The notes beneath the pieces are model-generated. The model saw only the letters and a program-made list of their open reading frames with translations. It did no database searches and had not been told where the DNA came from. 64,000 nucleotides of DNA, taken from Schmidtea polychroa. Lineage: Eukaryota. The stretch covers positions 32,304,001 to 32,368,000 of the forward strand of contig CM097885.1 of the NCBI GenBank assembly GCA_044892525.1. The letters are read 5' to 3'. The first letter of the stretch is position 1. Each line of letters starts with the position of its first letter. This document shows positions 46,311 through 62,475 of the stretch, piece after piece. The position numbers and the translations under genes are program-made.

Positions 46311-47060
46311 TTAATTCTATTTTTTCATTAAATGCTTTTTGTTTTAATAGTTTAATTTGATTTTTAATTATTTATTTTTTATCAATTGAATTAAATTGAA
46401 TTTAAATATTTTTTTTGCTTTAGTTTATTTTTATAAACTTTATGTAAATAAATATACTAAAAATTTAAACAAAAATCTATTTTATTTTGTATTGATTTTA
46501 CTATTTTTAAAATAATTTAAATGCAATGTTTTTTTTTAACATATGTATTAGATATTTGATTTCTTGAATTAATAACATCCATAATATTTCAAAATAAAAC
46601 AAAACTATATTTTTAAAAAACAATCCAAAATCTCTGATATTTAGGTAATCTCTGTTTTTAGCTTTGATGATATTTTCGCAAGCATGAGTTAATAATTGAA
46701 TAGGGAATATTCGTACACAAGAATCCAATAAATATTTTATATTTTAATTTTCAATCATTCTTAAATATATTTAATTTATTATTTTAATTTATAATTTTGT
46801 TATTTACTGTTATTAAAACATTAAAGTAATAATTTAAGCCTTTTGCTGCGAAATATATATCAACTTATGCATGAGGATTACATAATATACTTCCAATTAA
46901 AGTTTTCAAGCTTATTGAATCTAAAGTGTATTTTTTTAACATTTATTGACGTACCACACCATATATTTGAGTCATTTTTCAGTGAACCTGACATAGTCAA
47001 TAAAACAGTAAACACGGAGCGCATTTATCTCTTCTCTTCTTCTCTCTACACATGCATATA

Positions 47061-47546
47061 CAGTGAAGTTAATTTATAAGCAACCCATTACAAGCGACCT
47101 TTTTATAAGCGACTCTAAATATCCGAACGATATTAATTGTTTAATGTGTAGATACATCACAACTGATTACAAAATTTAAATTGATTTTAACTGTCATAAT
47201 AATATTGAAGAAGAGGATACATTAGATGTGTCTATAATGGTTGCGGGCGAAGAAAAAGAATCAATAAAGTTATTGCATTTTTTTACCATACTCTTCAATG
47301 GGGAGAAGAGGGGTTTCTAAATTCAGAAGAAATTAACCGTCTTATTGAAATGCGAAACAATGCCACAGAAATGAAATTTAAATAAATATACATTTCTAAT
47401 TGAATTTATTTATAATGAGTGTGTATGTTGACAATATTTTTTAAAATATTCCAAACATTTTTTTTATTGGTCGCTTATAAAATCTGTTTTAAACAATGTT
47501 TTTAGAAAGCAGTTTTGCGTTGGTCGCTTAAAAATGAACTTCACTG
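47061..47546. mobile_element. Tc1/mariner (pogo/Tigger-like) MITE
   Basis: TIRs cagtgaagttaatttataagc / gcttaaaaatgaacttcactg, flanked by TA on both sides. Confidence 0.85.
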
Positions 47547-48462
47547 TACGTGTAATTTCCATATGATTATTTAACTTGGTGATTGATATTTCTTGCTCAA
47601 ATTATGAATGTGTCCAAATGTCGTCTTGTTTAAATATTGAAATAAAGAAACACTTTAAATCTAACAATATAATTATCAAATACTAAACAAACTACTAAGT
47701 GAAAATGAAATTTTTTTGAATAATCCAAAAATTGTTTAACTTGATTAATTTTTTTCATTATTCCCCTAATCTGATAAAATTGGAATGTTTCCTTAAAACT
47801 TAATATAATGTGCACTGGCCCGATAAAGTTTTGACAGCGTAAAATTCTTAGAAATTTCCACTGAATCATAAAACAAGAATCTCCCAGTGCTGACAATTTG
47901 TTATCGCTGCTATTTTTTAGTTATTCCTATTTTATCACTTTTTTAGTTGAAATACATTTTCAGAATTTTAAAATTGTTAATGAATCATTCCAGATTTGAT
48001 TTATTTTTAATATTTTTAAAAATTTGTTTAAATACATCAATGCATAGCTTATAAAGATAACTTTAGAACTATATTTAATGACAGTTAATATAATTACTTT
48101 AATTTTTTGAGTATAAATATTGATGTATTGTGTCACATCTTATTCATAAACCCGGTCTCCTCTCGTCACTATTCATTTAAAGTCAAAAGTTATTATTGGG
48201 ATTTTCCTTGTAATCAACAAGAAGAATTTCAGTGACGCTTTTAAAATGTCTTTTGATTGTATGAAATTTTGATTATTTTTAAAATATGTTTTGTTTAAAG
48301 CAAAGTTTGACTTTATATGTAATAATAATTTCGTAAATTAATAAAATAATATTTTGCAGAAACAGACACATTTGAGTTATAATTAACCATTCCAGTAAAG
48401 ATCTCTTTCTTATCTTAATATATATGCAGGATTACATATAAAATATTATATTGTTATTGTCC

Positions 48463-48640
<178 letters not shown>

Positions 48641-48749
48641 CATTATTATAATAATAATTATTATTTTTATTATTATTATTATTATACTATTGTTATTATT
48701 ATTGTTTTTGATTATTATTTTTGGAATTATTATTTCAAATATTCTAAAT

Positions 48750-49189
48750 TAGGGGTTCCCAATTTTTTCATAGCACCGTACCTGTACGTTGTAAACAATT
48801 TGATGGCGTAATTTTTTAATGGGGTATATTTACTGCTAAACATATAAAAGAAATATAATTATGACTTCAAAAATAGTTAGCGAGAAGGTTGGGCCTGTTT
48901 TTTATTAACTTAAGAAGAATTATCGGGCTCAATGTTTGTCAATTTAAGGCGAAGATCTGATTCAATGTCCAGCAAAGCTCTATCTTGATTTTCATCACAG
49001 TCATTGCAGAAAATCCTGTTTCACATAAATATGTGGTCGCAAATTTCATTAAAAATTTTAGAGAATTAGAAATTGTAAAATATTAAAATGTACGGGTTAT
49101 TGTAGTCATGTTTATTTCCGCCAAACAGATTTTTAATAGATTTTTATATATATGGTACTGGTACGCTTACCCAAAGTTGGGAATCCCTG
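48750..49189 (-). mobile_element. hAT (Buster/Charlie) deletion derivative
   Basis: TIRs taggggttcccaa / ttgggaatccctg; perfect 8-bp TSD TTCTAAAT; relic LKFLMKFATTYLCETGFSAM. Confidence 0.9.
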
Positions 49190-50695
49190 TTCTAAATCAA
49201 TTCTCTATAGTAGAAAAGATATTATAGAGAATTACTATAGAATGAAAAAAATAGAATTTAAAAAAAATAAATAAGAAAATCGATTGGTTAGAAATTTATA
49301 AACTTTCGGAATAAATAGAAATAGAGAAGATCTGGAAAATAAAAATTTTTAATTGAAAGATATTTTTTTCACAGGTTAATAGTTGTTAATTTTGTTACTA
49401 TTTTACGATTGATTGTATTTTCTTACGGTTGATTACACAGCAAGATTCGCTGAAAAAAGTGGCGTTTTCGCCATTAGTGGAATGAATTGTATATGCGCAT
49501 AGTTTGCAATATAATGTAATAAGGTCGAAACTACCTTGCATATTTATTATTAGTCCTTTAATAAATAAACTATTTTGGGTTCAATTTTATATTTCACAAT
49601 ATTGAAAATAAAATTTTTACATTAATTTATTAACGGTTCATCAATAATAATTGCTTGACACTGGGCATTATAATACTGGACAATTTTCATGTCTGTCAAA
49701 ATACATTTTTCTCTAATTTCTGGAAAGCATTTATTGATTAATATGTAAACAGTTTATTTGACTTCGACCGTTTTTATAATTAGGAAACCCTGGGGGAGAT
49801 TTTTGCTGTCCATAATTTAAGGCACCTTTCCTATAAACGGCTAGATACCGATTTTCCACCAAAAAATACCTTTGTATCAGCATGAAGCCTAGATCGTGCT
49901 ACCATGGGTAAAATGTGAGGTTTATCAAAGGAAGAAGTAATAAATTAATTTTTTTTTCATTTTAAGATGTACTATAAAAATGTTATTTATTGTTTGTTGT
50001 GATTTTTATAACTTAAAATTTAAAATCTCAAAGACGATTTTAATTAAAAACTGTCAGATTGATTCTTAACATTGTTAAGCTGTCAAGTGTAATTAATTAA
50101 AAGTAAATAAATTCATTGACAATTTCAGACCATTCAAAATGTCTATTTTAACATAAACAAGTTGCATTTGAAAATGATAAACATTTAAATTTTTTTAATT
50201 TAATGAACAGAAACGGGAATTTATATAAATACATTTTTAATTTAATTATAATTATTATCTTAACAGATTTAAAATCATTTTGTATCTATAAGTTGTGACA
50301 GATTTTAAAAAATTTTAACATTTTATTTTTTTTATAACGATTATAGATCCAAGGTTTTTCCTATGAAACAAAAAATTGATCTATTGTCATAATGAAAATA
50401 AAAAACAAATCATTAACAAAAATATAAAAATGTTTTTAAAAAAGATAATAGTCGATTTTTAGTAGAATGGTATGTAAAATTTCAGTGCAACATTTTGTTG
50501 TTTTATTAGCTCAGTAATTTTTAATACTTTATTGTCCTTCTTCAGCTTATACCAAATCATTCAAAAGTTAGGAAAAGGTTTATTATTGTTATATGTATAT
50601 TATTCTCTTTAATTTAGCACATTGCGATTCACAGTAGAATGTTCATGTATAAATACTTGATTTTCAAAAAAAACACATAAATATAAACCAATGAT

Positions 50696-51265
50696 TTAAT
50701 TATTTTCATATAAAGTACAAATTATGTTCATTAATTTTTTATCAAGTTTCGATAGGTGTTTAATTGTCCTTTGAAGCTTGGTTCTTAGTATCGTCTTAGT
50801 AATCGTCCGTGTTTCTCGACGGAGCAACTCGTACACTTCATCGGCCACCTCATAATCTGACAGACAACTGAAACCTGTATCATTAGCTGCGGTGATTTTC
50901 TTGACTGGTAGTTTCTCAATATCTGCCTCATTTGCTAGTGGAGGACCACTTTGTTCAAATTGATTCTTAATACTCGTTACACACTTGTCAAAACTTTTAT
51001 CTGAAAACATGTAATCTGACGAATCGGATCTAAAATCCTGCGGCAGCAATCCACCAAATAAATTTGATATTAGTTGGCCAAAAACACTATTAAAGTTATC
51101 AGGATCTCTTGGAGTCATAAAAAAGGAACCATCAGTTTCGTTTGTAGTATTTCCAACAGGAACATGACGAATAATATGAGAAACATACAAGGCATCATCA
51201 TTATTTTCCATTGAGTTATAACGAATAATATGAAAAGCATTCAAGGCATCATCATTATTGTCCAT
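50696..51265 (-). pseudogene. RNF115/RNF126-like E3 ligase relic with broken RING
   Basis: DYMFSDKSFDKCVTSIKNQFEQSGPPLANEADIEKLP..CLSDYE resembles the pre-RING region of RNF115/126. Most RING ligands are missing; short N-terminal internal duplication; no introns. Confidence 0.6.
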
Positions 51266-52084
51266 TGAGTTATAACGAAACCATTCGAAAACAACTCGAA
51301 ACCGAAATTCAACTCGATCAAAACTTCTTTTTTAAAAACCATTTGAAAACAACTCACAATTCGAATGAGCAAAGCACATACCAAAATTCGATTCAATCAA
51401 AAACTCTGAGATCGATCCAACAAAACTAATCTCGACAATATTCACAATTCCAATCAAAAACTCAAAATAAATCATAATCATATTCACTATTCTCCGCGTC
51501 TGTGTGCGCACACAAAAACCTCCAAAACCAGTACAAAGCGCACACAGACGCGAGCATCGACAATTAATCAACAGGATTGAGTTCGGATTTCATTTATCAA
51601 TTTACATGTAATGAGTGCAACGCCAGATATATTAGAGAGACTTTCCGTCAATTTTGTAGGTAGTGCGTAAATTATGCACATTTAATTTTATTAAGTTTTT
51701 TAACTATTTAAATTAAAATTACAAATGTGTCATTAATGTAATAAACACATTTTTTTGGAGACCCAACATGAATATTTGTTTAAATTGATGAATAAGTAAA
51801 TTTTCAATTTTTGTTTTAATCGACGATTACATCATCAAAATTATTTTGCTTATAAATACACAGACAGTGTAAGTAATGTGTTGTTTGTAGATTCATAATG
51901 ATAGAATTTTTCATAGTTAATTTTTATTCATTTCTCATAATAACATTTATATCTGCTCTCAACTCACGTCCACTATTAGCTAGATCAAAATTGGTACTCC
52001 ATATCTTTGTAAGAATTCCTTTATCTGAAATATAATTATATATACATAAAATATTTTTTGAAACTTGTCAATGTAAATATTATA

Positions 52085-52900
52085 TTGGGGGTACAAATAA
52101 GTTTTGTGGGTTCTTTTTTATAACTTTGAAGAGAAATTAGTACAATGTATTTTATTCAAACTATTCTTCATCGTTATGTACAATTTTTGTCAATCTTTCA
52201 AGTAGCGTATGGATTTCGTGTTTAAAAGATTTTCTGAGGCAATCTAATCACCCAATTTATTGCATCATGTTAGTAACCGAATCTCTGCTCAGTTAGGTCA
52301 TGAGTCTTCAGCAGAAACAAGTAGTAGTCGGAAAGAGCAATGTCTGCTGAATACGATGAGGAGGTAGGACATCTAATTGAAGCGGCTCCAAGGTTTCCTT
52401 GAAGACCCTTGCAACTTGTCATGTTTTTTAGTATATTATGGGCGTTTGATCTCCAATGATCGACTTATTACATCTATTGTTGTTAACATTCACCGATGAT
52501 TTTTTCGTTAGGCCTGAGTCGCTCACAGTAAATCACACTGAGCTGACCCCACTAGATGCACATCATTAGCTTCTTGCCATGAATACTTGATTTGGCCGTT
52601 CAAGTTGATTCATGGCCGAGCTTACCCCACAATTTGCTGCTCTTTGGGTTGTTGTAATAGATCCAGTATTTGTCCCCATCATGATTCAATCAAAAAAACA
52701 CTTCCAAATTTGTATTTGGAGTAGCTGTTTGTACGTGATAAAACGCGTTTGACGTCCTTTGGCTTGAGTAAATATGGAACCCAATTTCCTTATTTTTGCA
52801 CCATGACCTTGAGACTTTTTGAAATCGTTTGTTTATTCACCTTTAAGGTCTCAACGAGCTCCTTTTGTGTTTAGTATGAATATTTGTCCAATAATCTCCA
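52085..52900 (-). mobile_element. Decayed mariner transposase and one TIR
   Basis: Minus-strand relics WVPYLL (WVPHEL), GDKYWIYYNNPK, KLMMCI*W and YSADIALSDYYL (YSPDLAPSDY); mariner-like end ttgggggtacaaataag. Confidence 0.85.
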
Positions 52901-54024
52901 ACGCCTCTTGCAACAATTTTCTTGCAACAATCGTTTTAGCACATTAACTGCTATGGTACCCGTATCGATTGTCATGGGATAATCAAAGGAAGCAACTGGA
53001 ACCCTTATGGGTACCTTTTATCTTTCCTATCAGTGTGTAGCAGCGCTATTGTAGAGTTGACCTGGGGTGATATTTTACTTAAAATTGGTTGGCAATTAAT
53101 ATGTTAAAAGATTGTCGTTACCACAGCTAGTAAACTGTCCAGGGTATTTATTTACCTTTAAACTTTACAAATAACATTTATTCATTATTCTTTCAATAAG
53201 AAAAGAAGCTAATTTGTTGAATTATTTATATCTTTTATGAAAGTAAATATGAGAGTACAATTATCAAAAATATTGAAATTAGACAAATAATAATTATGTA
53301 TTATATTTTAATGTTTGCAAAAATATATTTTTCGAAATTAATTATATTTTTTTTGTTTAAATTTATTATAAATATTAAATTTATTAAATACATTATATGC
53401 ATTATATAAAGCACTTATTGAGAATAAAAATATATTTTGATCTGGAATTAAATACATTTTTCATGTATTCAAATTTAATTTAAAAATTTCTCTCTAAAGA
53501 AATAATAATTATATTTTTATGTAATTCTGCATTAGTAAAGAAGATGCGTTTAAATATCAATTGAACAGCAATTACGAAATTGTATAAGTATTTAAAACAA
53601 AAAAAGAAATATTAATTTCATTGAACTAAAATAAATGACATTTCTAATTTCAGTTTATTTCGGTTATGCCTCATTATTAAAAAGCCATAAATTCTATGAA
53701 TAACCTTACACTCAAAGGTTTCCCTCGAATATTTTATATTTTTCATGTATACAGCAGAATAATAAACACGCAAGATAAATTCAATTTAAAACAGAAATGC
53801 TGAAGCTTTTATTTATGAAAGAAAAAAATAATTAATTAATAAATTGTTGAAAAGGTTTCAGAAATCTTTTTAGGTCTAAGAAGCCGCGCAAATTTTTATT
53901 TCTATTTTTAAAATTGTTAAATACTGTCAATTTTGACAATTAATATATATATGTTTATTTATCTATATTTAATTTCAGAAAACTCTCTTCATGTAATACA
54001 AGTATATTATTATTATTATTATTA

Positions 54025-54893
<869 letters not shown>

Positions 54894-55461
54894 TAATGAT
54901 TTATCCCTTGATATCGATGAGGAAAATTAAATAATGTAATATTGTTAAATAGTTATTTGTTATTTGTCTTAATCTTTTTTATTTGTTCTGGAAGTGGTAT
55001 AATACGAGCAATCTGTGTTACTTTAAATTACTTTTTTAGCAGTGAATTAAGGCCATTAAATATCATTCAGACATCAAGACTCAATCTTACTGATTATTTT
55101 AAAATCCTTCTAAAGAACCTGGCAGAACTCATGTCACGACATGTACGGAACCTCTGCTCTAGCAAATTTTAATAAACTATTTTAAAGAAAATTATTAAAA
55201 TCAAAAGTTAAATTAGATCAAACATATTTAATTAACTTAATAAATTAATTTCAAAATTGAAATGGAATAGGGATTCACATATAAGGTTCCAAAGTCTACT
55301 TATTTTTCTCAATATTCGGTGTCTTTGAAAGAAAATCCACGTCAGAATTTTTTCAATTAAATTTTCATTTTCATTTAAATAATGAGTAATGTAATTATTT
55401 TTAAAACTAACAAAATCTAAATTCAGTTATAAATCACATGATTTATACTATAATTAGTTTA

Positions 55462-55593
<132 letters not shown>

Positions 55594-58500
55594 TTAAGTA
55601 AAGAATTCTACAATAGCAAAGTTAAGCAAATCCTCGATAAACTCACAATAAATCACTACTCGGTACATTCTCAATTTATATACAAATCGTATAAATGTGC
55701 CATAAAGTGCAAACAACTTTAACTTGTTATCTATAATAAAAATAATTCAACAAGTGTTTGCTAATAAACAATGAATGCCTTTAAAGTTTCTGACATTCCG
55801 TTATCTAGAAAAATAATTTCAAATGTGTTTAAAGTAGAAAATTTGTCATAAAAAATTTAAAAATTAATGATAAATCAAAATAGTAATCCATTTATTTCGT
55901 GGATTTTAATGGAAGATTACATCCCGTTGCAATAAATAAAACTATAATAATGTAAAATATACACTTATAATAAAAAATAATCAATTAACTATATTATAGC
56001 TTATAATTTATAGGAAACATACAAATGTATGTGCGTGTTGAAAAATTTATTATACACCAATTGTCATAAATTATGTGAAACAATGACAAATATTATGGAG
56101 AGATGTTTAATTAAAAGTTATATTTTAAATTAAATATACATCTTTAAAGTTGTTTTTAGATATAATTATTTTTTAAAATGTTTTTAAATACTAATAAAAC
56201 CTTTAAAGAAATTATACTAGCATATGATCTTTCTTCAAAAAAAGGTAAGATTTATTAAATGTTTGTTTAAATACAGATTTTAAAAGCTCTTCTAAAATGC
56301 CTTCGTTAACTAATGATTTAGGAAATACATTTTTATGGTAGTATAAATTTTTTCTTGTTCCATGATTTCAATCAATCTTTTTTATAAATTCCTGAATATC
56401 TTAAAATATTTAATTTAAATCTAATATTTCAATTATATATTACGTTTTAAGATGACTTTCTTGTACCTTTTTCATAATTTCTGGTAATCTATCATTATTT
56501 TTTTAAATAAATCATTTTTTAAACCCCTACTTTTTTATTCGTGAAAAGCTAGAATGTAATAGTTTGAAATATCTTCAAATAGCATTGTTCATAATTTCTG
56601 TCCCTCTTTGTGTATTTTTTATTATAGGGTTTGTAAAGATGTGTTTATATTTTTTTATTATTATTTTATTACACCTAAACGTAATTGATAATGGCTAATT
56701 TGACAATAAATAAAATCCAATCAATTCCGCTTTGTGTTAATTTCAATATTAACTGAAATTTTGAATTTTGAATTCTATATAATTAAATTATTTATTTTAT
56801 TTTTTATTTAATATAAATATTTTAAAATATTGTTTAGATTTTATGATTTTATTTTTACATGGACAAAAACTTAACATTTATTCAAAAATGCCTTGTTTCA
56901 TCATATATTTAGGATAGAAACTTTTAATGTGATGATAGTAAATTCTCAAATTTTGGAGTTCTACATTAATTACTTGGCGTATTGCAGAAAATCTATTATT
57001 GAAACTCATTCTGCTAAATTCACGACCTGAGAAAACTTTCCATTCGGCATTTTTAATTTTTTTAAATACAATCTAGGTTTATTTAAATGTATCCATATTT
57101 AATCGTTTTAAAATTAAATGTCCCTTTGTGTGTATCTTTTATTATAGAGATTTTGTGAACCGTGCTTGTGTGGAGGTAATTATTTTTCTTTCAACAGAGA
57201 ATTTTTCTATCCGTCTATAATCTAAGCCATTGTAATTTAAAATTGATCTACCTCAATTTATATTGAAATAATTTATTGAAGCCATTTTACGCCATGGATT
57301 TAATTAAATATTGCTTGGATATGACACACAAATACACATTTATTATATGTAGGTTATATTTATATTATTAATCTTTAAATCAATGTCCATTCTGATTTTC
57401 TATTGTAAATGCAATTAATTATTGTCGATCACCCATAGGTTTTTGTTCTTATTTCATGTAGGTGTGTTTATTTTATCTACTTACAAATACAATGTCAATT
57501 GAAAAGAAATCAGAGATGAAAATTTAAAAAGGTTCTTATAATAAGTATATCTTATATTAAACCTTAATTTGTCGTTATACCAGCCGTAATTCATGTGTTT
57601 CAAAATACACTGTGTAGAGACATACAACTAATTCGAATAAAGATTTTATTCAAACGAACATTGAGATAAATAATTGATATATCTGCTCAAATAGTCAATG
57701 TACTAACGAAAGCACGGTCACTTGATCTGGCGATTGTTGAAGATCTTGACCATCATCAGAGAGACCATAGATAATAAAACGAAGGCTTCAGTTTCTTGAA
57801 TGTCTGGCACATTTGCTTTATTGGTTCTGACGAGATTTGATGACTGGGAAATTGAATGTTTCATTAATTGTTTTTGCAATTGAATTTGATTTTGGAAAAA
57901 ATGTCCCGATTATTTAAACAATGATTTTAATTTTGATTTTAATTTAATCAATTTAATAATATATTATAAGTTCAATTATTAAATTTATAAAAGTTGGAGT
58001 CAGAGCCACTACACACTGGGTTTAATAAAATTATTTATAATAAGTATTGAATTGAAAACAAACTAGATGGCTCATAAGTTTTGTTATGAATGGAATGTTG
58101 ATATCAACCATTTTAGAAATAGCTGTCAAGTAATATTTTTAGAAAAGCAAATTTTACTACTTGAATTTTGATTCCAATATGGATAATAGCTCATTGTTAA
58201 ATTTTGCAGCATTTTAGGAAGTTATGAATTCAATATTTAGAATTATTTTAATATAAATTGAGGTAGATCAATTTTAAATTACAATTTATTAAGAAAAAAA
58301 TATTCAACGCCAAATATTTCTATTTTACTACATTATTTATAGTTAATCAGAAGAGGAAACGCCAGAAAACGCTATTTAAAAAATAAAAATTAATTAGGGA
58401 AAACAAATAAATTTGATTAGTATTTAGGAAACCCAAGTTATGTGGAAACCTTGACGGTATTTGATAAAGTTATATAATTAGTTTCCCTCAATTGAAATTA

Positions 58501-59079
58501 CGCATAGGATTTTTCGCATAAATACGAAATGCCACCTACGTAATTATTTTATTTTTAGAAAATTGTTTGATGTCGATTAATTGAATTATTTGAAGATACA
58601 TTTATAAAAAAGGACAACGCTGGTAATCAGTTACGACTTTTGTCGAAGACCATATAAAACAAGAAAAAATGAGCAAAGTAGATTCTAAATCAAAGTTACA
58701 GTCAAAGAACCAGTGAAAATTATAAAAATGAATAAGGTCAGTTTTCCATTCGTATTTTTACCCTGAAATTTTTTTTAAAAGTGAAGATTGCAAGTGTAAT
58801 TTAAGATATTGTTGATTTGATTAATTGAAACAAAAAGTACGAAGATTCTGAATTAGTATCAACTTTAATAAATACTCTCCCAATAATAAGCTGAATTTGA
58901 TTTTGTGATACAAGCTTTTTGTTTGGTTCTGAAAGGTCTTAACGGGTATATTTACATAAATAAAAGCAATAATCATTAATTAATTATTTTTTGTATTTTG
59001 AAGTCATTTGGTTAATTAATTAATTCTCAAAATAATTGGAAAAAGCACTGCATACTACCAAGAATATTAATTACACATT

Positions 59080-59486
59080 GGTAGGTAGTTTGTAGCTCCC
59101 TGCTGCAATTACCCAGGGGAGGGGGTAAAAAAAATACAAATAGAAGGGGCCTATAGAAAAAAGGTCAGGATATCTCTGACTATGGTGAGGGTGTCTCGAT
59201 GGATCCTGGGATTTTCAATACAAAAAGGGTCCTCAATAAAAAAAAGCTTGGTAAATTTTTGAATTACAGTAAATTAAGGTTCACATTTTTTAATTAAAGT
59301 ATATTATGGTCTAAAATTTTAAATTAGAGTAAATTAAGGTCCAAATTTTTAAAAAATGTAATTAATGGTCTAAAAAATTAAGTTAAAGTTAAATAAGTAA
59401 ATTACAGGCTCAAATAAGTTAATTAAGGTCTAAATTTGAAAATTATGTATCTGATTGTTGAATTATTATTATTATTACTATTATTA

Positions 59487-59551
<65 letters not shown>

Positions 59552-60664
59552 GTTATTATTATTATTATTATTGTTGCTTATTTAAAAATTATTACTTTAA
59601 TTTAAAATTTTAACCCATTGATTACTTAATTAAAAAATTTGAACCTTAATTAACTTTAATTTGGACCTTAATTTACCTATTTATCCTTGTATTACTTAAT
59701 TTAACATTTTACACCATAATTTACTTAACAACCGAATATAACCCATATTTACATATTTAATCAATAATTTCATGTAGTGAATGATTAATTGACAGAGATT
59801 TGCATCTAAAATTAACATTGAAAAATTTTTCATAAAAATTTCTTTTAGAAATGGACTTTGAAAAATATATCATAAAAATTTTCATTTAAAATTTTCAATT
59901 CTCAGACACCAACTATTATTCTAACTTTTTGTTAATAAATTTAATTCAAAACTTTAATTCAAACTTTAATTAAAAAATTTGAGCCTTAATTTACTGTAAT
60001 TAAAAATCTGGATCTTAATTTACTTATTTGAAGTCATTGATTACTTTAATTTACAAATTTAGACCTTAATTAACTTATTTGAGCCTGTAATTTACTTATT
60101 AACTTTAATTTAATTTTTTAGACCATTGATTACTTAATTTAAAAATTTGGACCTTAATTTACTCTAATTTAAAATTTTAGACCATAATATACATTAATTC
60201 AAAAATTTGTACCTTAATTTACTGTAATTCAAAAATCTAGACCATAATTTACTATAAATCAGAAATTTACGATGCTTTTTTTTATTGAGCACCCTTTTTG
60301 TATTGAAAATCCCTCGTCCATTGAGACCCACCTTAATTTACTTTGAAAGTTCTATGTTTTTTTAGTGAAGACCCCCTTTTTGTATTGAAATTCCCAGGAA
60401 CAAGGAGCTGATCTTAATTTACTTGGAAAATTCCATGCTTTTTTAGTGATAATTGGAGTTTGTATTGAAAATCCCAGGATCCATCGAGACCCCCTCACTA
60501 TAGTCAGAGATATCCTGACCTTTTTCTATAGGTCCTTTCTATTTGTATTGAAAAAAATATAAGTAGCTTTCTGCCACAATTACGTAATCAAAAAAGCAAA
60601 AAAAAACGAGTTGTCGCAATTTTTCTCTAGGATAATTGCGGCAGGGAGCTACTAGCTACCTACT
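59080..60664. mobile_element. Small non-autonomous member of the giant fold-back family (Polinton/Maverick-like ends)
   Basis: Ends ggtaggtagtttgtagctccctgc / gcagggagctactagctacctact; 6-bp TSD CACATT (59074-59079 and 60665-60670); contains the same gactatagtgag/gtctcgatgg and 30-bp repeat modules. Confidence 0.85.
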
Positions 60665-62223
60665 CACATTTGTTTTATTGTATGAAAACGTGTCTCGTGT
60701 TTTTATGTTTCATTAATTTATTCTACCCTTAATCTAATTCTAGTTTCACGAAATAAAGTCATATATAAAGATCCAAAAAGTTTATATTATAGAAACATGC
60801 AAAGTTACATGTGCTATTTTTTTACTTCATAAAATAAGGTTATTTAATATCTTTTGGGACTTTAAAAAAATAAAATAAAAATAAAACAATTCATAATAAT
60901 TAACATTGATAATAAAATCTTTTAGTTTTTGATCACCTTTGATGTCTTTTCATTTTTTGTTATTTTACTTATTTACATTCTGGAAAAAGATTAAAAATGT
61001 ATTATTTGCAATAAAATCTTTTGGTTTGACTTTATCAAGTTTTATAATAAATTAAATTATTTATTTTTTAAATTAAATGAAAGTATTAGAAATACACAAT
61101 GTTTCTTCTTTATGTTTTTTGTTTTGTAAATAAGTAAAAAAAAATAAGTAAAAAAACACAATGAAAATATAAAAATAAAATAAATGAATATACGCAATAA
61201 GAGTAAAAGAGTTCATTGTGGTTTAAATCCATACAAGTAAAATAATTATTGAAATGTTTTGTTGAATTTAAATCATTGAATTCCCATTAAAGGTTGAGAA
61301 AAAGATTTTATCAAATCAAGTGAAGTCAGATAATAAAATTTGCAATTAAATTGAAATAAAACGCCATTGGCTTTGAACATTTCGTGAAAATTTCTTCATA
61401 AATTTTTTAAAAATTAAAATTCCGAATTAAATTAAAAATTAATAGAAAAATCAATAGAATCCTTTTAAGAAATATTGAAAAACTCAATTCCACAATCAGA
61501 GAATCTCGTGGAAATTTTTATAACGTGTCTATTCAACTAAGAAAAAGTATTATTTTGTACTTTTCATTAAAACAGCGGTATTCCAAATATGTGCAGCGGC
61601 ACATTTGTGTAGCATAAAAGAATTCAAATGCAAAAATATTTATTACGAAAACATTATTTTAGTTATAGTAAAACAAATAAAAGTGACTGTTATTTCCATG
61701 AATTTTTTGTGAAAAATTCAAATTTGGTTTAATATTTTCATAGCATGCCTTTTTATTTTCCTTTCAATTTTTTAATATTATGATTGAAACACGATGCGAT
61801 GAATAAAACCATTTTCAAAGTCTTTTCAGGGGAAATTTGTAGAACTCATTATATTTATATCATAAGTGAATTAGTAGTTTCCTCAATTTTTCTATCGTTG
61901 TGTTTACGTCAAAGTTTTATTATTAGTAACTGATAGAAATTACAGATATTTCTTCGATTTGACCAAGATTATTAATTAATTGCTAGTGACTTTACACTAG
62001 ATTTACTGACATTAAATGACAATTTGACGGGTGTCCGTAAAAATAGGTATATACAATACATTTCCGCCAAATTAAATGGGCGACAAAAAAGGATAGTGAT
62101 ATATTTGCGTATCATTGTATCATTAATTACCAACATAAAAAATTGAGGGGTTCCGAAAATCTAGTGTTAAAATGTTTTTATTTCAATCAAGTAATTTAAT
62201 ATCTTTTTTCTAACAGACATTAC

Positions 62224-62475
62224 CAGTGCTTTTTTTCTGGAAAAAAAGGTGCCGGAACGTATCTGTACTATCCTTTATATGAAAAAACAATAACGCTGAA
62301 ATTAGCTAACAAATAAAATAATTATGCAGGACACAAAATATACACTTATTACCGACGACATGAAACGATTTTAATAACGTAGTATAATAATCGCGTATAT
62401 TTACAGTGAGCGTGTTTTATATAGTTGTAATAACACATAGGAAGCACGGAGTTATGATTAAGAAAAAAAGCACTG
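62224..62475. mobile_element. hAT-type MITE
   Basis: TIRs cagtgctttttttct / agaaaaaaagcactg; perfect 8-bp TSD GACATTAC. Confidence 0.9.
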
